Assembly: GCA_051362555.1 (NCBI GenBank)
Contig: CM120642.1
Coordinates: forward strand, 22,692,001 to 22,756,000
Length of the DNA: 64,000 nucleotides
Reading direction: 5' to 3'
Origin: Lingula anatina
Taxonomy: Eukaryota > Animalia > Brachiopoda
The notes under the pieces were generated by a model. The model was not told the DNA's origin. It was given only the letters and a program-made list of their open reading frames with translations, and searched no databases. Each line of letters starts with the position of its first letter. Position 1 is the stretch's first letter. The position numbers and the translations under genes were made by a program. Positions 37,701 through 51,926 of the stretch are shown here, piece by piece.

Positions 37701-40700
37701 GACTGGGAATGTGTACTAGTAGTATATCTTGTGTGTTAAATTTTGCCAAAATACTTCTATTGATAAACCAGTTTAAGTATCATGTTAGGGGTCGTTCAAA
37801 AGGAATAAGTGTGCAATAGCTAATATCAGTACATTGGAAACGAGTCGTGTTAGAGCACATTTACAACAAATGATCGTTGGACAAACTAATCTGCAAACCC
37901 CACTTGAAAGCAATGCCACACAACCCTCGATGGTCACCCAGCCTACCACATGCACTACCCCTGCTGGGGGCTTGCAATTAAAGCTATTTAATTAAAACAG
38001 AGATTTAATAGACTAGTTGTGAATGCTGTTAGTCTGTTAATGTGCAGTACCTAGTGCACTTTAACTCATTCTCATTCATTTTATATGCACCAGCAGCCTC
38101 CCTTCCCCCTTTAAACCATTCCTCTGCATATTTCTTTCTACATATTACATTTACTGTAATACCTTACCCTGTATTTCTTATATATATCCATGCCAAACTG
38201 TTTCCATTTTCAGCCCTTCTTGCCCTTTCTATATGCCAGTGTACCATCATATCCAACGCTGTGACATCCCTTGTCTTTTCTGCCAAATTAACTACTAGTA
38301 CAAGTATTAGGTCAACAGTCTATCTGCCCTCCATGTCAAACTGCTCCCATCTTGTATTTCTATATGTTTGTACCCACCTGATACTACGTACATCTTCAAC
38401 TTCACACAGTCACGCCAATCCCTTAGATCTTTTTGCTCATGTACACACCTTATTTCCACCTGTTTTTATTCACAGGTAATATTCTCCTCACCAACCTTTC
38501 ATTTCACCTGCCCTTACCTCTGTAACTGATGACATCAGCACAGTGGAGCTTTAAGACAATAGTGCTATATACATGGGCTGAACTTTCAAGTCTTAATGAG
38601 TCAGCCTCCTACTCTCCCTCTAAAGACTTACCTCCTGGTATTTTGTATTCAGTTCTTCACAGAATTTCCTAGTTACAGGCAATGGTAGACATCTATATTA
38701 TACCCTTGTATTCATGTCACAGCCCTGGCTTTCATGTCTTACATGCTACTGTCTCAAACAGATATTCAAAACACGTTCTCCGCACTTAGTTAATAAGTGC
38801 AATGACTCTTTTGTTATATAACAAGCAGTAAAGCTGTAAAATGTACAGACGAAAAACAAATAATGATGCACAAAATATGTCATTTTGTAAATTCTGATTT
38901 TATGAGATATATTTTATATGATGTTTAACACCAAATTTTAACAAGATTAAACTCAATCAGATCAAATGGTAGCTATGGACTTAGCTGTTTTAGCTGTATA
39001 AAAATATGGGATAGCAAAATATATGCAAAGTGCCTTTTAAATAGTAAAGTATGCCAAATGTCCAATATGAGGTCACATTAAGCCAACATATCACTTCCTT
39101 AACAAGTGGAACTGTGGGTGTTTAGCTGCTTTTGGAATATTTCACTTCTGAAAAAAAATTCATCATTGCACATTACTTTTTGGAAAAAAAAAATGCAACC
39201 CCTAAAACATATGGAAATCAAACAAACAAACCCTACCATTGTAAGTGTTGTAGTTGACAAACACTTCAAATTGTAAAAAACAAAAGGACTCTAGCTTTTA
39301 TGGTTCCTGAATTACAGACTTCAGATCCAGCACATTTGGGCCACTTCTTACAAGAGAATGCACTAACTGACCCCAAGCACAGGATGATGATGTGTCTGCA
39401 CATAAAAAGAAGATTCCAACCCTTTCCAGCATTAACCAGGAAGAGGGATTACTGCACAATATAACAAGAAGTTTCTTTAAAAATCTTTTTTCCACTTCAC
39501 TATCTACGGTGGTGTACACCAATTAAGTTAGGTTGTAACTTTTTTGTGCACAATACCAATAATACCTTTTCTTAGTTAAATCAGTTAAACATTTGTCAAT
39601 CAATTGTGAAGAAGACATTGATCCATATATTTTGATGCTAACATTATCTAACATAGTTAATCCAGGCATAGAAAAGAAAGGGAATAAAAGTAACTGATCT
39701 GTAGCATCAATCTGTGTTATTGGTCTCCTTCCTGTTACTAATTAATTACAACTTTTAGCCATCACAGATATCCCTGATCATTTTTATGAAAACAAACTAA
39801 GGCAGTTTAGAATTATTAAACCTGAATGAAGATAAAATCACACTGATCAAGTTCCCGGTTCCAAAAAATTAATTTGATAGAGTACATTGTCATACAAAAT
39901 TCAAGGAATTAATCCACTGCTTTAAAATGCCAAGTCAATTAATCTAGGCATAAGGACTTGGTATAATTGCATTTCTAATGGTAGTTACTCTAAATGCCCT
40001 AATGGGAATTATGCAAGTTTAGTTTTAGTTTAATTAATTAACTAATGAGTATCGGGAGAAGCAGATTCAGTTTCTTGAATACAGGAGTGCCAAATTATAC
40101 CAAGTCTCTGATATTTTCCTATACATATAGAATGCATGAGAAAACACCAAAATATTTTACTTACTTTTGTCTTATGCAGTTTTTCCCGTGAAGACTTCAT
40201 TTACAATCTAAGATTTACATTTTCTTAAATTGCTATTATTTGATGCTTTTACAAACCAACAGTAAATCCGATAAGATAAAAATGGTTTGAATTCCATCAA
40301 ATTATTCCTTCCAATAAATGAGATAAATTTGAATTTGGATTTAGAATACATATTGCATCATACAAGTTATGAAGTTGTGTAATAGGCTAATAATAATAAT
40401 AATAATTATAATAATTATTATTTTTATAAATACATAAGAAAATATTTATCTACATCAGTCAAACAAATAGTTTAACTTTGAAAATATATTAACATTTATA
40501 CAATAGAAGATTTAAAGCATTAAAATAACCATCTGACATAACCTTCTCATGGAAATAAAACGAATTCAAGGATAAAGGAATTAAAAAAAAGAAAGAAAAT
40601 GCTTACAGACATCTTTCTTAGAACAAACTTGATTCTACATCCTTGTAATCTGATCTGTAAGTAGCAACCATGATTTTATTGTTTCGCCACTTTCATATTT

Positions 40701-41226
40701 GTAATTGCCAAACTGTTAATGTATCTTCTGACAAAATACTGGCAATCTGGAAAAATTTAAACATTGTGAATAGATCCTTGCCAAGAAGAAAATCATTTAA
40801 GTGGTTACTCAAATTTTGTACTGAATTGATTCACTTCCCCCATACAACTGGTATTTGGACTCTCATATGATTGGACAGCCTCTACATCAGGACAGAAAGA
40901 AAGCTAAATTTCCATGTGAGAGCCTTACTAAAATGAGATCCAGCTGTTGTGGATTCTTTCAGTGCTAGTTATAATGAGTTGACAGCAAACAAAAAAGTGT
41001 ACTTGCCATCAGTTATTGAAATTTTAACCTTGTTTTAAAAAAGCCATTGCTGTACCTGTCTCAATCATTAACAGTGACCAGGAAGCCACATCTCTGCCAA
41101 ACCTAGAACATATGTGTAACCTTTTCTACATTTTATCCTATTACAACTTTTCCTAGATCACGGAAGAATAGCACTTACATACATGCTATAATTAAGACTA
41201 TTTATGGTGTTACCAACTTTTTTGTG

Positions 41227-41288
41227 ATCAATATTTCACATAAGTGGAATAAAGTTTATCAATATTTCACATAAGTGGAATAAAGTTT
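41227..41288. repeat. Perfect 31-bp tandem duplication
   Basis: atcaatatttcacataagtggaataaagttt x2. Confidence 0.92.
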
Positions 41289-41515
41289 AAGTTACCTGTA
41301 CTTAAGCTTCACTTCAGTGTTTAACGAATTTTAAAGCTTTTAAAAATTGAGTGTGTGCGATGTTCCAATGCATGTGGGTGTCCTTTGGCAGATATCTCAT
41401 AAAATCCCACTAAGTCTGACACAGTAATAAAGTCAGACACAAACACAAGGGGGGCTCTTATCTCTGTTGACACCTATTCAGTTACACATCTCCTGTAATG
41501 TGTGCATGTGTGTGT

Positions 41516-41546
<31 letters not shown>

Positions 41547-43830
41547 GGGGGCTCTCATGGAACTTCTCTTAAAAGTTTGCAAAAGCACACCAATCATAAA
41601 TTAAAAGAAGAAACAAACAAACAAACAAAAGGGGTTTGCAGATCAGCAGTATTATATTTCACAGGTGCTAGGACAAAATAAGAAATCAACACATTCTCAG
41701 TTAAAACTAAAAATTCAACCAAGAAACTAACACAATATAGGGAATCATTCAAGCCCAACTTATAAAAACACAAAACTTCAACCACCATAAGTATGTGCCT
41801 CGGACTGTGGCAAATTGTAACACTCATCTTCTACTTTCTTCACATTGTACCTGGTACTGCTTATACATGTGTCAAACCAATATGACTACCTGGTACTTAA
41901 AAACCTGTAGAATACATCATTAAGATACTTTGTTATGTAGCTAACAACCAGGTGCAATGACATAGCTTTAGGATATTTCTATAAAAATACTGCAGTGGTG
42001 AAAAGTTTTCCCTTTCCTACTTTCACCTCACCCTCAGCATAAATTCTGACACACACATTGCATAATGTGATTAAATAAAGAAGTAAAAAAAACAGCAGTA
42101 GAAATATGTGCTGCATTATGGCATGTCTTCAGGTTTCCACATAATGTCTCTCAACAGAACTCTGGATACATTAAAAAATAAATAAGTAAACTAAATAAAA
42201 CACAGCTGTTATTGGAAATTATTCCCTTCAAGGTCAAAATAAAAGATATTTAAGTGCAATTGAAATTCCTACAATTGCTGAAATCAAAATTTTAACTGCT
42301 TCAATTTTCAACTAGAATCTCAGGAGAAAAATCTTGTGCTGAGACTGCAACAAATCTGTCATTTTTGTATCCTAATAGCATTTAACGCGGCCTAAAGGAG
42401 CTAATTATACTTGAAAATGAGTCCTTTCTTTCAGCCATGTCTGTCTCCAGGGCTCAGCAGGTATGTAGTGTCATGAAAGGCTCAATGGAGAGGGGGACAA
42501 TGCTGTAGACAGGTAGCTTCATCTGTGGGATTAATTTACAGAGTTCACTGGAAGAAACAGTATGACTGGGTCCAGTTGGTTCACTTGCAAATTTACGAAG
42601 TCACTTGTGTTGCAAAGCACTATACCCTCTCATACCTCATTCACACTATCATCTTTATCAGAGGATTTTTCAAATTTGAAATTTCAGATGAAAAATTTGA
42701 TTCATTTCCCTGTGCACACACAGCAAAGCAAAACTGAATCCCACGCTGAAAATCCAGGTTCCACTTCCTGATTGAACAGTCCCATCTGCACTGCATGGGA
42801 CAACAGTGCACACAAAAATATGGTTCCATTTACTGCCCTACTTGTACTGCTTTTTGGCCATCTGTTTTTATTTGAAACATGAAATACAACTCAAAAGACA
42901 TTTAAGCAATCTCGGCACTCATACTTAAAGAGCAAAAGATTGCAAAAGTAGTTTGTTTCCCTGCTCATTTGTGTGCAAATGCACAGTAAGACCTTGACCT
43001 ACTGATAGTTGTGGTGAGTTATTCCAATTACTGTCAGAAATCCAACCAACTTGCAGTATTTTGAGAAAACAGTTAACAGAAATTTTCATGCATTCACACA
43101 TCCACATTTATATCAGAATCCTGACCTAATTAATATTTATCCGAATAAATGCCTGTTGCGTGAACAGGGTATCACTCTCCCGTATCTCTTTCTATCATTC
43201 ATTGTTATTTTGCCTGGTTCCATGAGCTGACACAACATGGTGTTTCACATGATGTTATCATATCAGATCATGTTCAACTAAGTCATCAACCAGATACACT
43301 TCAGCTAGTTTCTCTTTCTAAAAATCACAACCAGCATGCATTTAAATATGCATCAAATTGTCCTCTATAAATGGCCTTCAAAAAGTTTTAACATGCCCTC
43401 CAAACACTTTAGTTGCTCTATCAACAGGTCCAGTATGATTTTATACATTACACTGCCTTTGTCACAGTTAAAATATAGTAGGCCGTGTTCAAATAAACTT
43501 TTAAAAAATTAATTTCAAATCTAAACTAACTAAGTCTAACAAAAAAGTTTGGCTTCAAATCCAGGAAGTAGGTATTTTGGTTGTAACCTTCCACCAGAGA
43601 TTTCCTTGTATTGATGCCAAAGCTGAACAGTTGGCAAAACAAGTGTCAGGAAGAAAGAAAATGATGGAAGGGGGAGGGGCAATCAAATGGATGCTTCCTG
43701 AAGTTTAATTATTTTTTTAATTGACTAAACACAGACTTCCATGCCTAGTGCCAAGAGTTATATGACAGATTTCACATCTGCAGAATTCTATTCTATATAT
43801 TACTAGTATATATGCATTGCATTACCTTAA

Positions 43831-43862
<32 letters not shown>

Positions 43863-46800
43863 ACGCATGCACGTTTGATATGTACTTGTATGAGCAAGCA
43901 CTGCATTCCCTTCACGAATTCCAATATGCCCCAATATAAAATGTTTTACTATGTGAATTATTTTCTACATCAGATCCATTAAGTTCAACATGACCTCACA
44001 CCAACTTTCTCAGACCTACTATAAGCATGTCACTGTCTAGCTCTGAAGGAAATCCAAGACCTTATTATCACTGTCTTTTATATACCTGTTTGCCAAATAG
44101 AACATGACCTGGGAGATAGCAGCTACTCTATTCAGGGTGAACATGTTTCAAAACCAGACCTTTCATGTTCTGTTGTCAAAGGCAAAGTTCCCTAAAGTTT
44201 AAAAGGCATAATAAAAGTGAAAATTCCAATACTGGGAAGGCTTTATTTTTAAGTCTAAAACTTACCAAACAGACACTTTCATAACTATACACGCGTAGAA
44301 ATGGGGAAAAAAGAAATATATTTAAAGTCGACATGCCACACTCGGTCAACATAAAAAATTTGTATTATCTGTTCAACCATCTCTCTACCAAACATGATAA
44401 CAACTGAGTAGACAAAGTTTACATAACATCAGGTGACGAATGCTAGTTCTCAAAGATATTGCATTAATACCAATATAATCATGTAACATTCCTTACAAAC
44501 CAAATTCTACAGAAATCTCTTCAATGCACTGGACCTGAGCTAAAATATATCAAAAGCATATTACATCTGGTGCTTTCGTTTAGTAATTAACTTAGTAATT
44601 AACTTAAATTGGTGGAGTTTATTAGGACACCTGCTGCTTCCTTCCAAAGCCACAAAATGAGATTTTTTCTCCATAATAAGCTATATATCAACAAAACTGT
44701 GTGTGTGCCGATGCATGCATTTGCACTGTATAGTATACTCTGTTCTACTCATTACCTATATATCAGTTCCACTTCAGTAGCCTGGCTCTTCTTCTTCATT
44801 ACATGCATATATATATAGAAATCACCTGTTAGTTATAAAACCTTTTCATAACATCGCATCTTGGTAACTGTCCCACTTCAGTGGTTGAAATTCTCAGCAG
44901 ATATATCCTGATCAAGTTCCCAGAACTGTTAACTAGGTTGCATGTAAATACAGCAACACAGATCCGTGGGACCTAGTTGACAGACATGACTTTACCAGTA
45001 CCCTCACAATGGTTTGATGACGAAGGCTATACAAAAATAAGTTCCTCTATCTAGATAAGCATACCATCAGATCAGATGACATATTTCATCAGTGTACAGC
45101 GGCAATGTCATTTAAATAAGTGCTCTACTCAATCACTGCTGTACGTCCCACTGAATGACGTAGGTCCGTGACACTTCACTGTGTCTTCAAACACTGCTGA
45201 TATTTGCAAGTGGATGTGTGATAACAAGTTCAGTTTCCCTTGGGTCTCCCTTTCCTTTTGTAAGTGTCTATACCATCCCACACAAATGCTTTATCACTGC
45301 CTACACTGCACATGCAATCATTTTGTTAAACCATCATCATTCCAATTTAACCATTATTCAAAATTATCAAGCAATCTGCATTGAATCCCACATTACTGTA
45401 CTTTATACTAGTGGAGCCCACTTTACCTTATTACAGTAGACTATCACAGATTAGCGTCCTTCTGCCAGTATCCAGTGGGCCCCGTATCCAGAAATTATCC
45501 TCACTGCTTCAGCTTACATAGCATTACACGGCACCTTCATTGTCCACCTCTGCCATCTCCAACCACATCATAACACTAGGTTAAGACATCAAAGCACACT
45601 CCTTCCCTTAATGCAAGTTATTCGAACACTCACTGGGTAATTCACCCAGGCCAGAGGAGTTTTATGGTCTTGTCAACTCCATGTATGTAGGTCAGGTGTG
45701 ACATGCAGGTATGGGCCTATTAATCACCTTGCACATATAATACACCTGATATCATCAAAGCAACTCTCAGGTTGGGTTCACACGCTCACAGGTAAGAAGG
45801 GCTCTGAAACCTTCTTATTCCTAAGTGTGAACACACCAGATAAAAAGCCACCATAGATATTTTAAGCCTAAAATACAAAAGATAAAGGGGTCTGAAGAAC
45901 TATTTCTGGAGTGTGTTCCCACAGGATAAAACAACTCCAGACAACCCTGTTTCCTAGCTGTGTTTATACACAGATACAATTTATTTGTCTCAAGAACATC
46001 TAGTCATTAACCAAACACAAAAACAGAAGGGCTAAACAGTGCCACATTATTTTCAAGGTTACTGTTCAATGTCAACACAGTGCTGCTGCTTAACATTTAG
46101 GCCATTCACACTGGCAATTTTGACCACTGTTAAGGCCTGATCATGGTCCCATCTGGTTAACTTTTCTAATGTGAACACAGTCCAAAGAAACGCAGATCTG
46201 GACTAGTTTCTATCAGAGTTAACTCAAAATTGCCATCAAGACTGACCAGATTTTTACATTTGGAATGTATGGACACAAGTAGACAATTTACCATGTCTTG
46301 TGGATTATTCACATTACTGTCACGTGATTTGTGTTTTTTTTAGGTAAATTTTTCTTTTTTTAAATTGCTACTTAGACTCCAGCCATATTGTTATATCATC
46401 ACTTTCTACTGAGATCTATGATGCACATGCTAAACAGAAAATAAGACTGATGAGAGGCAACAGAGCTAAATTCAATAAAAGAATGAAGCATGTGTAGCTA
46501 ATAATATCTAATGTCTGTCCATAAAAAATCTTCTATAAAAAAAATCACCTGTGATGTAAATTAACCCTCCCAGATAAGAAATGAAAATGTACCCCTTAGA
46601 GTTACACATTCTGAGTCACTTTGAAAACTTATCAGACATAAGGACTAGGGATATGGAATTTTTCATGGAACAGAGATCAAAATTGTCAGGCATGTCCAAC
46701 AGTCTGGTGATTCCATAAAGCCTGTGAACTGGCTTGGGTTGGTTCTCTGTGGTAAAGTTGATCAATTCTGAGACGACTTGTACTAAGGAAGAGATGTTGC

Positions 46801-47115
46801 AACTGTACTGAAAACTCACAACCCAGCAATTTTGAAAATAAGCCATTATCAAGAGGAACTGGTCACAACACAGCAACAATCCTGATAAAAGTTTACTAGT
46901 AACAATATTAAGCTCCAAACAATATGTGCATAATATATGTGTAAGCCATGTTTTCAGCTCATACCAGCTACCAGTACTAGACTTTTCCCGTACAGTAAAA
47001 AAACATATCGTTAGCAGGAACATACAATAAAGCTACACAGTACTTAAAGTTAACAGAATACTCACAATATCTATATCAAGCTTATCAAAGACAATCACCC
47101 ACCACAACAGTCTAT

Positions 47116-47342
47116 GGCGCATCTTCAGACGCAACCTAGTGCGACTTAGACTGCATTCAGAATTAATGCACACTAGTTAGTGCGCACCAAGACCACGGGG
47201 ACTCTCGCTGAATGCAATCAGATTAGCAGGCTAACACACATCTCCTTCCATTGGGTAGAATACAGAAAAGCCAGTGATTACACCAGTAGAAAGTAGTGTT
47301 AGTGCACTAGCTAGGTTGACCAAACTCATGCTGAATGGCTCC
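47116..47342. mobile_element. Old MITE related to 51692-51926
   Basis: Shared internal blocks acggggactctcgctgaatgcaatcag and aatacagaaaagccagtgatta. Boundaries approximate. Confidence 0.5.
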
Positions 47343-50300
47343 TTTGACACTTGTCAATCACATAATTCTAAATGACAAGACATTAAGCCAAGGAATTGTT
47401 AGGGCACTGTGGGGTACACTCAATTATTTCTTTGTTAACTTCTAATATTATAACACATGTTGCCAGCCATTTAATAAAAAGGAATCACTGGGTGCTTTCT
47501 TTTTTTCCCCCAATGTGAATGTTGAAGAAAAAATAATTGAATTAAGTTTATACCAGGAAGTAATTATTTTGTAATCTTAGCAGCCTATTTCACCTCATCA
47601 GATTTAATATTGAAGCTTACATTTTCATTTATAGAGAATGCATTTCTGTCAATACAAAATACTATTGTGTGGCAAAGTACAGTACCATAGTATCTCATAT
47701 TCTGAGCAGAATCTATTGTTTTATGGCAAGATTTATCACTAGTAAATACCTTCATACAAAGGAGACTTTGGGAGCTTTCAGAATAAAGTTCTTGTACTAG
47801 CAGGATCTATCTATCTATGCAGGGATTCTTGCTATGCATTAAAATGTATCTGACAATTATTTGTTTATAATCAAAAGGTAATGAATACCGTAATATTTTC
47901 AACAACAGGTGTCAGCACAAAGGTCATGACACATTCTTTCAACAGGGGGCAGCATGTGTTACAAAACATTGCCAACAACAGGTGGCGACATTAGGTCCTT
48001 AGTTTTCCAGATCAGGTGGCAAGATATGTCAGAGCACTCATATAATGGCAGTTTTCAGGGTTCTGTTCTGATGGTCACAGTACTACAGTATAAGGATTTA
48101 TAGTTCTATGATCAAGTCATACATTTATATGCAAAAAATAGCCAAAAACAAATGATTATTTTGAGGTGCTGTATAGTACCAATTTCTATTAAGTGACTTA
48201 TATTGTCTTGTTGCAATTCATGCAATTCAAACACATCTGTTTTCTGCCTGCAACTTATTTATAAATAGACTGCTGGTAAATTATTCTCCTCCTGAATAAA
48301 GCGCTTAAAATACTTATTAAGTTATCAATGAATGAACAATAATGCATGTACACTCCTACTGTGTTGAAACATTTCAAACTACTGGAGAAAATGTCTACAT
48401 GACAAAAACAATAGAAACAAATGGTCAAAATGCCTCCTATTCAGTGATTAAAAAAACAATGAAAATCTTTGATTTCAATTTTCTAAAACTATTCAAATCT
48501 CATTAGAATTGGACTAGATTTTCTAAAAAAAAAAAACATTCAAATCTTATTAGAATTGGACTAGGTGAAAATTAATGGTCTTGTATCTGACATATAAAAA
48601 ACTTATTATACATAGCTTTTGCATTCAGTAAACAATGGTTATCTTCATCTATGTGTACGTGGCTTCTAGCCCATCTACTGCAAAAAAGACGTACCCAATG
48701 TAAAAAAAACCCTGCGGCTTATTTGCCAAACCACCTTCTGAGGTAAGTAATGGCTGGTATATAGATGTTAGATAAGATCACACAAAATTCTACCTGCTTG
48801 GGTACTATCCCTGTCTGATGCTGCTGTCATATATGATTTATATGTCTGATGAGAAGATCAGGAGATATTATGTGCATCAACTGATTCGTATAATTTTTGA
48901 TAATGTTTATCGATTTATAATTTTAGATAAACTAGTACTCATATATATCTTTAAAACAACTGCAAGAATGCTCATTTTTGTATTATTTCCTTTGTATTAC
49001 TATTTTGTTAAGGTCAAAGACTATATCATATATGGAAAGCAGTTTGTTCATACTTCAGTCAGTTGCTTGTCAGTATTAATAAACAGTATCTGAACTTTCC
49101 ATCTTACCTGATTCTTCAGCAGGCATCGAGTTTGTATATCAAATACATACATGTGACAAAATTATACGGGAACAAATTATAAGGGAACAAAAGTTGAATA
49201 TAATGCAGACTAGTGTTGAATTGGGATTAAGATTAAACATTCAACAATCAGATGAAATAATTGTAGTTGATAACATACTCCTGGCAAGTGTCTGGCATTT
49301 GATTTCATGGCCTGGAACAGTATGAACTGATACGACCCTGTTTATCTTTACATGATCATGCCTGATATGTTTCTTTTTTATCACCTATGTTACATATTTT
49401 TAAAATTGTGAAGTTATCAGTCAAAACATTGTGATAAATTCATGGAAACTTCACAACCTTAAGAAACAATATCCAGCATCTGTCTACATATTCTTCCAAT
49501 TTGGATTTCTTATCAATGTACTCCAGATGTCCCATAAAACAGAACAAGAGGTGCAGCCCCCCCCCCCCCCCCCCCCCCCCCATGAACACTGGCTATCTTA
49601 GCAGTGCATTAAGACAGACACAAGTTTTGTATAATCTGTGCATGTCATTTATGTATCAATATAGAAAGGACAGAAGTACCACTATTAGCTACTCAGACAG
49701 ACATTAGTCTTCTTGGTGCACTGCCATGCTTTATATGTTCATTACACCACTCAGAATACATACACTTATCTATACAATGTTGCATATACTCTTTCCTGCT
49801 CTCTAGCTTATATCAAAAGAGTAAATGAAATTTCACATAGAGTTCCAATATAAGTTGATCTCTAAATTCGAAGTAGAAGGCATCCTTCCACAAACAAGTA
49901 ATGCCCTGAAAAACCAGTTCCCCCAGGCTTCCCTTTCATCTCCTTACCTAAGGACACTAACAGACACCAGCACAAAGTTTCCTGAGCTGACACTGACACT
50001 TCAGGTTAAAAGTATCCAACATCCACATCTCAAACATCCTACAGTTCAAAGAGCAAGATTACATCATCACAACAGATCAGCCTGTGCCCATGCCAGTATC
50101 AACACACAGGTCAAGCCCTGAATCCAGTGGCGCACAGTTCTAATATTTCAAAGGAGCATGCGAATAGAATAAAGTTCTCTTACTTTATGATGCTGACCTC
50201 AACAAGTCTCAAAAATCTGTTGACGCTGTCTTTATTTGTACTTAAAACAGAGGGCACCATGTCAGCATATCAAAGAAAAGTTATGATATGTACTGTCTTT

Positions 50301-51362
50301 TTTTGGTTGTTTGTATGAAATTGTGATAAAGACATTAATATCACATCTAGTGAATGGACTAGATAATGTATTATGTGCAGCCTGCAGGCATGCTTTACAT
50401 GTTATCTTAGCATCAGCTCTTAATTTATGCCAAGTTTAGGAGATTAACTAAGCATACAATATATTTCACAATATTGGGAAAACCTCCTTGTGGATAATTG
50501 TACATTTTAAACAAATAAATAGAATTGTTTAGCTGCCAATATTGACAACTATGACAGTAGAATGCTTTAACTTTACGTGTGTGTGTGTGTGTGCATGTGC
50601 AAGCACCGTGTGTGCGTACACATATATACATGCACATCATTTCACTATGGTTAACAATGTGCAGACACAGGAAGAACTTTCATGTGGATATTTTATTATA
50701 CAGGAATGGCATATTCCAATGTTTAAAACTTTATTTTCATATTCAGAGAATGATTGTATATATATATCTATCTATTAAAAACAGCTACAACAAAACATTT
50801 GAGAAACTTTACAACTGGAAAATGAAAACAAATTCATGAGCAGAAAAATTGAAAGTGAAACTGAATGGAATAAATATAAGGCTACAAATCCAGGAAGTGT
50901 GAGTAAAAATTCCCGAAGTACTTTTTGTTTCTTTAGTTTCACTTTTTAAAGTTCCAAACCAACTTCTGTTTTTAAACCACTTTTCTCTTGCCATCAAAAA
51001 GTTACTATGGAGGCTATTGCTGTTTTTTTTTTTTATATTAATGTTGGCATTTTCATTTATTTAGATCCACTTTAACAGGAGACAAACCTCACTTGACAAA
51101 CACTCCCATGACAACATGAGATTGAGTACAGAAATAATGACAACACGGAACTCAAGCATGAAGGCTACCAACCACAGTCTCTTTCCTAAACTAACACATA
51201 ACTAATGATGCATGCAATATCCATGACGCCTCCACACTGTGACCAGACCACTGGAATTCACTGGAGATTTCTGGAGCTGGCAACTGGTACTCTATATCCT
51301 GTTGTCATCAACCATATGTGAACATTTCCTTCTCCAGTTTAATCACAACATTTAGATACTAA

Positions 51363-51620
51363 GGCTTCATTCACATGCTATGTTTATTTTCTAAATTCTA
51401 TTTTCTATTAGCGGTATGTCTTATGATCACGGTCTGTGCCCTGAATATACCGCGGCGTAATTACTGGCAGCGCGTGCCAGTTACTATAAGTTACTATAAG
51501 TAACTGGCTCGCGCTGCCAGTAATTACGCGGCGGGATATTCAGGGCACAGACCGTGATCATAAGATAGCGCGAATAGAAAATAGATTTTTAGAAAATAGA
51601 CATTGCATGTGAACGAAGCC
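51363..51620. mobile_element. Fully fold-back Harbinger-type MITE (258 bp) in GAB intron 1
   Basis: TAA|GGCTTCATTCACATGC...GCATGTGAACGAAGCC|TAA. Arms of about 120 bp pair almost to the centre (ttactataag x2). Confidence 0.93.
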
Positions 51621-51691
51621 TAAGTGACTGTAATGTAATGAGTTTAGGTTTAAACCAAGTAATATGCTCTAAATTGTTTTATTGCAACCTT

Positions 51692-51926
51692 GGGCCCCAT
51701 TCTCATAGATACACTAGTCTACACGAATTGACCAAATGCTACGGGGGATTCTCGCTGAGTGCAATCAGCTTAAGATGCCTCCTCCTGGCATCAAGTACAA
51801 TACAGAAAAGCTGGTGATTATATGATTATGTGGAAACAAAAGGAGGCTAACATTCGGTCTAGATGATTGCACTATGCAAGAGTCCCTGCAGAGTTAGACT
51901 GATGGCACATGTATAGAAATGGGGTC
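51692..51926. mobile_element. Old Harbinger-type MITE
   Basis: Ends gggccccattct / agaaatggggtc. Shares acggggga(t)tctcgctga.tgcaatcag and aatacagaaaagc with the 47.2-kb element. Confidence 0.6.

Noticed and set aside
38042-38479. 145-aa plus-strand ORF in intron 1
   Set aside because: GTG start, pyrimidine-biased composition and no domain. Possibly the antisense of a decayed element I cannot identify.
45771-46235. Weak inverted repeats (ttcacac...gtgtgaac; tggcaattttga...tcaaaattgcca)
   Set aside because: Probably very old MITE relics, too degenerate to delimit.
46616-47023. 135-aa minus-strand ORF in intron 1
   Set aside because: No recognisable homology or convincing splice context.
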